From Candidatus Latescibacterota bacterium (GTDB lineage Bacteria > Latescibacterota > UBA2968 > UBA8231), in the NCBI GenBank assembly GCA_965204725.1, contig OZ242005.1, positions 96,001 to 160,000 of the forward strand: DNA of 64,000 nucleotides. Direction: 5' to 3'. The notes beneath the pieces were generated by a model that was given only the letters and a program-made list of their open reading frames with translations, ran no database searches and was not told the DNA's origin. Positions 48,808-56,699 of this stretch are shown here, one piece after another; positions within the stretch are counted from its first letter, which is position 1, and the number at the start of each line of letters is the position of its first letter. The position numbers were made by a program, and so were the translations under genes.

Positions 48808-48837
48808 GTTGGCTCCAAAGGTGAACGAGGGCGGACT

Positions 48838-48867
48838 ATTGTACAAGAGGCCGAGGGCGGTTGTCAA
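48838..48867 (-). promoter_or_regulatory. Probable sigma70 promoter for the RraA-like gene
   Basis: TTGACA-18 bp-TACAAT. Confidence 0.6.
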
Positions 48868-48955
48868 ATCCCAAGCCGGCCCGAGGGCTTGCACAAAGCA
48901 GTCCTAAACGACTCGAAAGCATGGAATGTTGCTCGGCCCGGTCTTTTTTATGAGG

Positions 48956-49010
48956 CGTCCTTCCCGCGTAAGAACGTCACCCCGTGCCCTGACACGGGGC
49001 GGGAATCCAG
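48956..49010. repeat. REP variant with nested second hairpin
   Basis: CGTCCTTCCCGCG...GTCACCCCGTGCCCTGACACGGGG-CGGGAATCCAG; a similar copy lies in reverse orientation at ~62085-62137. Confidence 0.7.
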
Positions 49011-49108
49011 TCAAATTAGATCTTCATATAATCCCGCCAAGTCGGAAAATGACCCCCTACCCGATCTTTGAGTTTTCTAAAGTGCTACTTTAGATTTCTC
49101 AAACATGA

Positions 49109-49240
49109 ATTACCGCCCAGATCATCTTGGTCCCGCCCTTCTACCACAATTTTGGCAAACGGCTCGTCAAATCGCCTAAAATCTATCTCGCCGACTCGGG
49201 CTTGGCTTGCCACCTACTCGGCATTGAGACCGCCGCCACC
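49109..49240 (+). pseudogene. Fragment of a DUF4143-containing AAA-ATPase gene
   Basis: ITAQIILVPPFYHNFGKRLVKSPKIYLADSGLACHLLGI, with no start codon or N-terminal domain. Confidence 0.75.
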
Positions 49241-49249
49241 TTATCCCTT

Positions 49250-49292
49250 TTGACAATTTTCACTGTATTGGCCATTTTCAGCAAATGCTGAA
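49250..49292 (+). promoter_or_regulatory. Possible leaderless promoter with operator palindrome for the TA operon
   Basis: TTGACA-17-CATTTT ends 6 bp before ATG 49285; palindrome TTCAGCA-AA-TGCTGAA spans the ATG. Confidence 0.45.
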
Positions 49293-50391
49293 CATACCGG
49301 AATCAGAAAAGGACCTTGTCGATAAAGCGGCGCAAGTACTAAGCAAGACGCTGGAAAAGCCGCCTTCTATCGCGGTTGAGGCCATTGAACGAGACGTGCC
49401 GCTATCGAGGCGATGGCGCGTCGATATTTTGGCCCGCATTGATATTTTGGCTCGCATTCGGTCCGCGGGGCACTCCTATACCTTGCTATGCGAGATAAAG
49501 CGCAACGGCCAGCCGCGTCATGTGCGAAGCGCGTCGCAATACCTTTGCGCTCAAGTTCTCAGTCTCAATGATCCGAACGCCGTTCCGCTCCTTATCGCAC
49601 CCTATCTATCCCCAGCATCGCGGGCGATCTGCGAGGAGTACGAGGTTGGGTTTCTCGACTTGATGGGCAATGCACGCATCGCTTTCAATGGCGTGTTCAT
49701 CGAGCGGGCTGTTGCAGCCCCTCCCCCTTCGGAACGACGCGGCCTGCGGTCAATTTTCAGTCCTAGGGCCGCACGGATTCTGCGGATCATGTTGCGCGAT
49801 CCACGGCGGCCATGGCGCGTCTCGGCCTTGGCCGCGGCTGCCGGAGTGAGCCTCGGCCACGTTAGCAACGTGCGCCGGGCGTTGCTCGACCGAGAATGGG
49901 TTGAGCAACGCCTAGGTGGTATCGTCCTTTCGGAACCCGATGTGCTCTTGGATACTTGGCGAGATAGCTATACAGAGTCAAAGGGACTGCGCTTGGGCTA
50001 TTACACTCCCCTGCACGGCAAGTTGCTAGACGCCGCCGCTCAACGTGTGTTTCGCCTTAGTCCAGATCGAGGGCGTGCGATCTTCGCCTCTTTCTCCGCC
50101 GCTCGCTGGTTGGCCCCCTACGCCCGGACAGGTACGGACTATTTTTATGCCGACAGGTCGGGGGCCGAACATCTGTGCGAGGCCCTGAATCTGGCACCCG
50201 CATCAAAGGGCGAGAATGTAGTAATCCGCATCTCCGAAGACACGGGCATTCTCGACGACAGCATAGAGCCGGTGCCGAGCATCTTGTGTACGAGCGAAGT
50301 GCAAACCTATCTCGACCTGTATGCGGCCGGTGAACGAGGACGTGAGGCGGCTGACCACCTGCGAACAGAGAAACTGCGATGGCACCAGTAA
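49285..50391 (+). CDS. AbiEi-like type IV TA antitoxin / wHTH regulator
   Basis: 'APYLSP..R..C......LD..GN', HTH 'LAAAAGVSLG.VS.V...L', C-terminal 'Q.YLDL...GERG.EAA..L'. Confidence 0.8.
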   Translation: MLNIPESEKDLVDKAAQVLSKTLEKPPSIAVEAIERDVPLSRRWRVDILARIDILARIRSAGHSYTLLCEIKRNGQPRHVRSASQYLCAQVLSLNDPNAVPLLIAPYLSPASRAICEEYEVGFLDLMGNARIAFNGVFIERAVAAPPPSERRGLRSIFSPRAARILRIMLRDPRRPWRVSALAAAAGVSLGHVSNVRRALLDREWVEQRLGGIVLSEPDVLLDTWRDSYTESKGLRLGYYTPLHGKLLDAAAQRVFRLSPDRGRAIFASFSAARWLAPYARTGTDYFYADRSGAEHLCEALNLAPASKGENVVIRISEDTGILDDSIEPVPSILCTSEVQTYLDLYAAGERGREAADHLRTEKLRWHQ

Positions 50392-51245
50392 CAAACCAAG
50401 AACCGCAGTCCGCCAATGACTATGACGACCGCATCACGGCGGCAGTGAAGTCCGTACTAATAGAAATCGCTCAGATACTTGGCAGTTTTCGCGAGAAATT
50501 CGCCGTAGTTGGTGGCATCGTCCCGACCCTTGTTTTCACGAAGACGGAGATGGCCCACATCGGGACTACCGACATCGACTTGAGCCTCGACGCGGAATCC
50601 CTAGGCGATGGCGAATACGCTGATTTGGTCCAAGCTCTGATGAGCAGCGGTTATGAGCAACGCGGTGCCCGGCGGTTTCAACTCGTGCGCGAGGTCTCTA
50701 CTGAGGATGAAGGGGATCCAATCGCCATCATCGTGGACTTTCTCATGCCACGCGACGCCAAAGTGGTACGCAACAGGCCCGCGTTGATCGATGAATTTGC
50801 GGTCCAACGGGCGGATGGCGCGGCTCTCGCCCTGCGGTTTCCCCAGTGGATTCCGCTCGAAGGGAAGATGCCGGATGGCTCTCGCAACCGCGTCGAAATC
50901 GCCGTCGCATCCATTCCTGCATTGCTGGCAATGAAGGGCTTCGCGATCAACAACCGCATGAAGCGAAAGGACGCCTACGATATTTACTATTGCGTCCGCA
51001 ATTACTCAGGCGGCGTTGAGCAGTTGGCGCAGGAGTGCCGCGCTGTGCTAGCTACTGATGAGGGCAAGAGGGGCTACGGCCATATAGCGGAGAAATTTCA
51101 CGACGTTGATGGATTTGGCCCTCAGAGCGTTCGCCACTTTGTTGAAGGAACGGACATTCTGGACGGCCGCACACCCGATCAGTGGCAGCAAGACGCCTTT
51201 GGTCAAGTCAATGCTTGGTTGGGCGCACTCGGGTTGCGGAAATGA
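50379..51245 (+). CDS. AbiEii-like nucleotidyltransferase toxin
   Basis: 'VVGG', 'H.GTTDIDL', 'K..A...R.K.KDAYDIYY'; overlaps the antitoxin gene. Confidence 0.8.
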   Translation: MAPVTNQEPQSANDYDDRITAAVKSVLIEIAQILGSFREKFAVVGGIVPTLVFTKTEMAHIGTTDIDLSLDAESLGDGEYADLVQALMSSGYEQRGARRFQLVREVSTEDEGDPIAIIVDFLMPRDAKVVRNRPALIDEFAVQRADGAALALRFPQWIPLEGKMPDGSRNRVEIAVASIPALLAMKGFAINNRMKRKDAYDIYYCVRNYSGGVEQLAQECRAVLATDEGKRGYGHIAEKFHDVDGFGPQSVRHFVEGTDILDGRTPDQWQQDAFGQVNAWLGALGLRK

Positions 51246-51320
51246 GGCATCGAACAAAGCGGAAGGTTCTAAGCGCACTCACTGAATCGCCGCCGCCCGT
51301 TAGACAGGAGAAAACGCCAA

Positions 51321-52700
51321 ATGGACCCCATAGCAGAGTTAGCCGAATTCGACCGCGAGACCGTCGCCCAAGCCAAAGCCGTTGAACAGCGCATCCAAGC
51401 CGAGGGCTTGGCGGCCGGGCACACCATCCGCGACGTGCGCGTCTTCCGGGTGCTGATGCCTTGGGTTGGGACCAAGCGCTGGGACGGCTCGGCCGAGCGT
51501 TTTACTTTCGCCGAGTTCGAGACCGATAAAGGCTTCGTCGGTATTGCCGAGGGCGTCACCGCGGACGCCGCAACATTAAAGGGCAAAGTCCTCGGCAAAA
51601 ATCCTTTTGACCCCCAAATCCGCGCCGATATGGGGCTGGCCTACTGGGATCTAATCGGCAAAATCGCCAACCGACCGTTGGGCCACTATTTGCACGAACT
51701 CTTCGCGCTGGAGACCCCCTTGGCCGAGCGCGTCCCCATGTCGGCCTATACTTGGTATCGCTTCCCCGACCTCAACGGCGAAAACGCCGTCACCTTTGAG
51801 AGTTATCCTGCCTATGTGCAGGAGATTATCCACGCCCACGGCTTCCACAACATCAAGCTCTCAATGTGCGATTTTGAGCCGCATCGCTACGTGGAATTGG
51901 TCCGCAACGTCCGGGCGGCCGTGGGACCGGACGTAGATATTCGCGTCGATCCACACGCCTCTTGGGGCGAGGCGCAGGCGCTGCGCTTTATGAGCGAGGT
52001 CGAGGACTGTCATCTGGAGTGGATTGAGGAGCCGGTGGGCGGGCGATTCGCTCACATCTTCTGCGCCGGCCATCGCCTGCGGCTGTTGAGCACCATACCG
52101 ATCTCGTCGCACGCTTGGCTACCGCCGCTGGTATCGCAGCCCAGCACCAAGGGCCGCTACGGCGATGGTGCTCTAGACGCGGCCCTCGATCTGGACGCGC
52201 TGCGCCGCTGGCAGCCAGCCGACATTTCCGCGCCCGACGCTTACGCCGGGCCGCTGGCACTCAAGCGCTACTACGACGCGGCGCGCTTTATGGGCATGGG
52301 CATCGGCATGCACAGCGCTTATGAGCTGGGACCGGCCACGGCGATCCGCCTGCACATCGCGGCTTTCGCCTTTCCCTACGAGATGCCCTATCACATCGTC
52401 TGGGGACGGGACCGCGCCTTTCCGCCCTTCTCGGCGTACGCGCTCGACTCGCATTACAACCAGTGGGCCGACGACGTGATCTGCGGCGGCAAGTTGACCT
52501 ATGATCAGGGGTTCCTCACCGTGCCCAAGCAACCGGGGCTGGGCGTCGAACTCGATCCCGAGCGCCTGCGCCACTACGCCTTTAGCGAAGAAAAGGCCGC
52601 AGCCCATACCCGCCACGTCGAACAAATCCGCGCAACCCATCTCGACGCGCTCGGCTGGCGAGTGGAGCGCAACGGCTGGCGACGCTATCGGACGGGCTAG
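51321..52700 (+). CDS. Mandelate racemase / enolase superfamily protein
   Basis: 'ETD.G..G..E', 'WDL.GK', 'IRVDP...W', 'WIEEP', 'PGLGVELD'. Confidence 0.85.
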   Translation: MDPIAELAEFDRETVAQAKAVEQRIQAEGLAAGHTIRDVRVFRVLMPWVGTKRWDGSAERFTFAEFETDKGFVGIAEGVTADAATLKGKVLGKNPFDPQIRADMGLAYWDLIGKIANRPLGHYLHELFALETPLAERVPMSAYTWYRFPDLNGENAVTFESYPAYVQEIIHAHGFHNIKLSMCDFEPHRYVELVRNVRAAVGPDVDIRVDPHASWGEAQALRFMSEVEDCHLEWIEEPVGGRFAHIFCAGHRLRLLSTIPISSHAWLPPLVSQPSTKGRYGDGALDAALDLDALRRWQPADISAPDAYAGPLALKRYYDAARFMGMGIGMHSAYELGPATAIRLHIAAFAFPYEMPYHIVWGRDRAFPPFSAYALDSHYNQWADDVICGGKLTYDQGFLTVPKQPGLGVELDPERLRHYAFSEEKAAAHTRHVEQIRATHLDALGWRVERNGWRRYRTG

Positions 52701-52762
52701 GCTATTACCAAACCAAAAAGGTGCTGACGATTTTGGATTAGTGCCCAATAATCTGCTGCGGC

Positions 52763-53668
52763 CTACCGCCCTTCCTCATCCATGAACTTCTTTATGTCCC
52801 TGCCGTAGCGCACGAAATTCTCCCGCTTTGCGCTATGCCCCTCAGAGTCAACTTTTAGACCAGCGTATTCCTCAGAATAGAAGGGCTTGCCATCAGCCTG
52901 CCCCCCCCAACCCGGAAAGCACGATCGCAGCCAATAGACCTTCCTGTTGTCTTCCTTTAGGCGCACGATATATGCGATGGAATAATCGATACCCTCTATT
53001 TTCTCAACCGTAGTCTTCTTGGCATTTTCATCAAAAACATGCCTTTCTGCTTGCCCGTGTGCATCATCGCCTTGGGTAATGACCACGTCAGGCTTGAGAA
53101 TACCCACTTCCTCGCTGAGATAGCCTCCACAATTCTTGTACAGTTGGGCAGGCTCTTGCCTTGATCCGCCCACGTTGGAGAAACACTTCGCCGTTCGCAC
53201 ATGAACGAAGAGTTTCTCTATTATCTTTAAACTATCGGAATCCTCTACTGGGTCCAAGCAGCGGTAAAAGGGATCGAGAAGGCTCCTAATGGTCGTTGTC
53301 GTCCCTCGCCAGTGCGAGTACGGGCGCAGCGAGAAAGGCTTGCTCTCCACTTGCTCTGGCTGCTTTAGCACTGGCTGCGGAGTGGACAGAGAGACCACCA
53401 CGATACGCGGGATGCGGTGGCCTTTGTACTTCTTTTTTATGTAGTATTGGCTGACTTTAACTCCCTGCGTCCGAGGGGAAAAGAGAAATCCATCTGAAGG
53501 TTTATAGGCTTTCTCACAGACCTCCCGACAGCAATCCTTCTTAGGACAACAGAAAGAGTCAAACATCTTTTCGTAATCGTAGTTGCCCTCCCTGTCTATC
53601 ACTCCTTTCACAGAAGCAATACCAACTTCCTCGTAATACTTTTTGAGTTTGTTCTCCATCTCATTCAT
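52763..53668 (-). CDS. Uracil-DNA-glycosylase-fold-like protein
   Basis: 'PRIVVVSL', 'HW.GT', 'AKC', 'NC..YL.EEV..LKPDVVITQG'; low GC. Confidence 0.55.
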   Translation of the reverse strand: MNEMENKLKKYYEEVGIASVKGVIDREGNYDYEKMFDSFCCPKKDCCREVCEKAYKPSDGFLFSPRTQGVKVSQYYIKKKYKGHRIPRIVVVSLSTPQPVLKQPEQVESKPFSLRPYSHWRGTTTTIRSLLDPFYRCLDPVEDSDSLKIIEKLFVHVRTAKCFSNVGGSRQEPAQLYKNCGGYLSEEVGILKPDVVITQGDDAHGQAERHVFDENAKKTTVEKIEGIDYSIAYIVRLKEDNRKVYWLRSCFPGWGGQADGKPFYSEEYAGLKVDSEGHSAKRENFVRYGRDIKKFMDEEGR

Positions 53669-53761
53669 GATTGGCTCCTTTTGACGTTTAATGGTTAAGA
53701 GCTTGTACTACTCGAAATCCCCCAAGGCATCACAAGTATTCTCTCGTCATTTGTATGTTGC

Positions 53762-53960
53762 GTATTCCTTTCAGCTAGGCCACTCTGAAAGGGCCGCGTG
53801 CGGGGCGCGTCGTCCGTCATTGGGTGCGCCGGCACGTCCGTGTCGGCGGCACCGTGCGGGAGTAAGACACCCCTCACGCTGAGTTGTCGCTCCGAACCGA
53901 TACAAGGGCACAAGGCCCGTATTACAAGTGGGGAGGACAGCACCAGTATCCATTATAACC
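53762..53960 (+). ncRNA. Putative IS110 bridge RNA
   Basis: 5' hairpin, then two internal-loop stems with target-matching (CGTCATT; GCGGGAG) and donor-matching (GATAC; TACAAGT) segments; ends approximate. Confidence 0.75.
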
Positions 53961-53974
53961 AGGAGGCGATTCGC

Positions 53975-54929
53975 ATGAAAGTTATGGCCGGTATAGACGT
54001 AGGAAAGAGGAGCTTGGACGTGTCGGTAGCGGCTGGTCCGGCGCGTCGATTTGACAACACGCCTGCGGGGCGTACGGCCTTGGTGGAGTGGTTGGAACGT
54101 CAGGGGGCGACCGAGGTAGTGTGTGAACCGACAGGGGGCTATGAGCGGCCTCTGGTGCGTCGGGTGCAGGCCACGGGATGGCCGATCCACCTAGTGCATC
54201 CCAATCGCGTGCGCCACTTTGCCCAGGCGGCGGGCAGCCCCGCCAAGACCGACGCGCTGGACGCACAGAGGCTGGCGCGGTATGGGATGGCCTTCGAGTT
54301 GCAGCGTCCGCTGGCCAAGGAAGCCGACCGGGAGGTGGTACAGGACCTGCTGCGGCGGCGCAAGCAGTTAGTCAACCAGCGGGTGCAAGAGCGCCACCGG
54401 CTAGACCAAGGGCAGACCGAAGGGGCGCGCATCTCTATCGAGCGGCACCTTCAATGGCTCGACGAAGAGATTAGCCAGTTGGACGAAGCCTACCAGCAGG
54501 CATTGGAAACACAGCGTCTCGCTGGCCGAAGCCGCCGCCCTCTACCGCAGTGTGCCGGGCGTGGGTGCGTTGACCGCGGCGACGCTAGTGGGGTATCTGC
54601 CGGAGTTAGGGCACTACAGCGGCAAGGAGGTGACCTCGTTGGTCGGGCTGGCTCCGTGGGCTAACGACAGCGGCCGACAGCAGGGGTATCGCTCGATCCG
54701 GGGCGGACGAGGCACCGTGCGGAAGGTGTTGTATTTGGCGGCCTTGGCCGCCATCCGCTGCAACGACGACCTCAAGCGGTTCTATCAACGACTGTGTACC
54801 CGGGGCAAGACCGGCAAGGTGGCCTTGGTCGCGGTGATGCGGAAGCTGCTGCTGGTGCTCAACGCCATTGCCCAGCGAGGCTCCCCGTGGGTCCAACACC
54901 CCACCCCAGCAGGCCACAAAAAGGCTTGA
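53975..54929 (+). pseudogene. IS110 DEDD recombinase/transposase with a +1 frameshift near 54507-54510
   Basis: 'GIDVGK', 'EPTGGY', 'KTDALDA' in one frame; 'SVPGVG..TA', 'GLAP...DSG', 'GK....ALVAVMRKL' in the next. Removing one A from GAAAC restores LEHSVSLAEAAALYRSVPG. Confidence 0.88.
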
Positions 54930-55037
54930 CCCGCAACACAGATACTCCCGCGAAAGCGGGAATCCAGTCAATGTTTGTAAGAGCGGCCGCCTTTGGAAGA
55001 CATCACTTATTGAATCCTCATATCCGCTTGATCTTCA

Positions 55038-56240
55038 TTATCCTTTGAGAATATGAGCAGGAGTACCTTTGTCGGGCATATTCTTATGCAGATAATAGGT
55101 ACCGTGAGTCTTCAAATAGTCCTGAAATGTCCCATCCTTAGCCTTGAGCTTTCTCCAGTTCTTTGTTAGGTCGAATTTGGCACGTTTAATACCATACCGA
55201 GCAAGGACGACCTCACCTGATCCTTTACCGGGAAAGTACAGTACAAAAATCACTTCATTTATTTTAGTAAATTCCTTGCGAAGATCCCTCGGAAATAAAT
55301 AGAAGCTCCTTTTCTCATTGAATAAATTTAGAATGAGACTATGCGACGCCTTCATCGTACGGACCGGGTGTGTAAGTGTTATTTTTTCATCTCCAAATAT
55401 GTCGATGTTGTAGGAATCACTACCTGCTCGGAGAGACACCGTCAGCCGACCATCAGTGAAGTCAATGTTCTTTATAAGCTTAACCCCGTCTAGTATCTTT
55501 TTCCCGTCTATAATCCTAACAGGTTCAAGTCCTGCTCGAAATATCTCTCCCTTTTCACTCGGACGAAATTTCCACAGAACAGCGAGTTCTACTAGTCGCT
55601 CAAAACTACCGCGCTTCGTAAATAAAGCACCTGAGTCTTCAAATTCAGATTCAGCTTCCCGAAATATGACAACCTGACTAAGTCGTGCAGCCTGTTGAAA
55701 TTGGATCTTGGCCTGTTCTTCCTCTGGATGAACCAAAGAATCCATAAAAACAGAATCGAAGTAGTAAACCTTATACCGACGGTAAAGGTTCACTCCTGCA
55801 GAGTCCGATAGTGATTTTGCCAGCTCATAGTCTCGTGCGTTAAGAGCAGCCTCAGCCTCACTTACTAGTCTTCTACCCTCTTCAAGGGCAGCCTTGAGAT
55901 CATCTAGGTAAGTTGGGTCCTTCGTTCGGCGGTATATCTCCTCGGCTTTTAGGGCCTCCCATCTATTGTTGGGCTCATCATCTTCCTTGTCATCAGGGAG
56001 GCTATCAACCAGTGCTTCTTTTTGTTTCTCGCCTTCCCGCGCCGTCTGTTGTTCTGGCGTCTCTGGCTCCGGAGAAAGGGCTACCGCAAGTCCGTAGGAC
56101 ACGTAGGACGGGATCAAATAGAGAGCCGCACGTTTTCTTGTTGGTATCTTGAGAAGAGGTATTGGTCGGATGAGTCCAACTAAGCATATGAGGAAACTAA
56201 TCGCTGCTATAATACGAATTGTGTCGGCTAGTTGTTCCAC
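55038..56240 (-). CDS. Hypothetical membrane protein (two N-terminal TM helices), low GC
   Basis: 400-aa ORF, GTG start with purine-rich leader; N-terminal 'LVGLIRP....IPTRKRA'. Confidence 0.7.
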   Translation of the reverse strand: MEQLADTIRIIAAISFLICLVGLIRPIPLLKIPTRKRAALYLIPSYVSYGLAVALSPEPETPEQQTAREGEKQKEALVDSLPDDKEDDEPNNRWEALKAEEIYRRTKDPTYLDDLKAALEEGRRLVSEAEAALNARDYELAKSLSDSAGVNLYRRYKVYYFDSVFMDSLVHPEEEQAKIQFQQAARLSQVVIFREAESEFEDSGALFTKRGSFERLVELAVLWKFRPSEKGEIFRAGLEPVRIIDGKKILDGVKLIKNIDFTDGRLTVSLRAGSDSYNIDIFGDEKITLTHPVRTMKASHSLILNLFNEKRSFYLFPRDLRKEFTKINEVIFVLYFPGKGSGEVVLARYGIKRAKFDLTKNWRKLKAKDGTFQDYLKTHGTYYLHKNMPDKGTPAHILKG

Positions 56241-56291
56241 AAGACACCTTCCCTTCTGTGTGGTTTAGTATCAACCCCGGCCCTCTGGGGG

Positions 56292-56689
56292 CCGGGCAGT
56301 TGCTCACGATCACGCAGATTAGTGCGGGAAGGTTCCTGCCTATTCGCCAGAATCAGGGAGCTACCCCGATTCTTTATTCAAGCTATTTTATTCAGCAGGC
56401 CACCCGACAGGCGGGATTCTGCGTTATCGTGAGCGAGGATAAAAATAAATGATTTTTAGCTGAGGGCAAGGAATTTGTTGGGTCTGGAAATTTACATAAT
56501 ATGTCGATATTGGCGGCTCAGAAGAGTCTTTGATGCCTAAATCGAAAGGCCCCTAACCATTTGTTTCAAAAAATTTATTCCTGCGACGCGAGCTGTCGCA
56601 CCCCTTAGATAAATTATCCTTCCTGCTTCTGGGACCGGGCAGTTGCTCACGATCACGCAGATTAGCGGGAAGGTCCTACCTATTCGCCA
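56292..56689. repeat. ~57-bp direct repeat (56292-56349, 56635-56689) plus a long-range inverted repeat
   Basis: CCGGGCAGTTGCTCACGATCACGCAGATTAG...CCTATTCGCCA twice; 56302-56318 is complementary (16/17) to 56418-56434. Confidence 0.8.
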
Positions 56690-56699
56690 AAATAGAACT

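Larger units (their letters stand above)
53752..54946 (+). mobile_element. IS110-family insertion sequence inserted in a REP
   Basis: Flanks CGTCATT| and |CCCGCGAAAGCGGGAATCCAG rejoin into a REP matching 43642-43669; no terminal inverted repeats; DEDD recombinase inside. Confidence 0.9.

Noticed and set aside
54500-54555. Programmed ribosomal frameshift in the IS110 gene
   Set aside because: A +1 shift is needed, there is no slippery heptamer, and IS110 recombinases are normally single ORFs.
56276-56689. Retron msr-msd or DGR template
   Set aside because: No reverse transcriptase in the window, and the differences between repeat copies are not adenine-specific.
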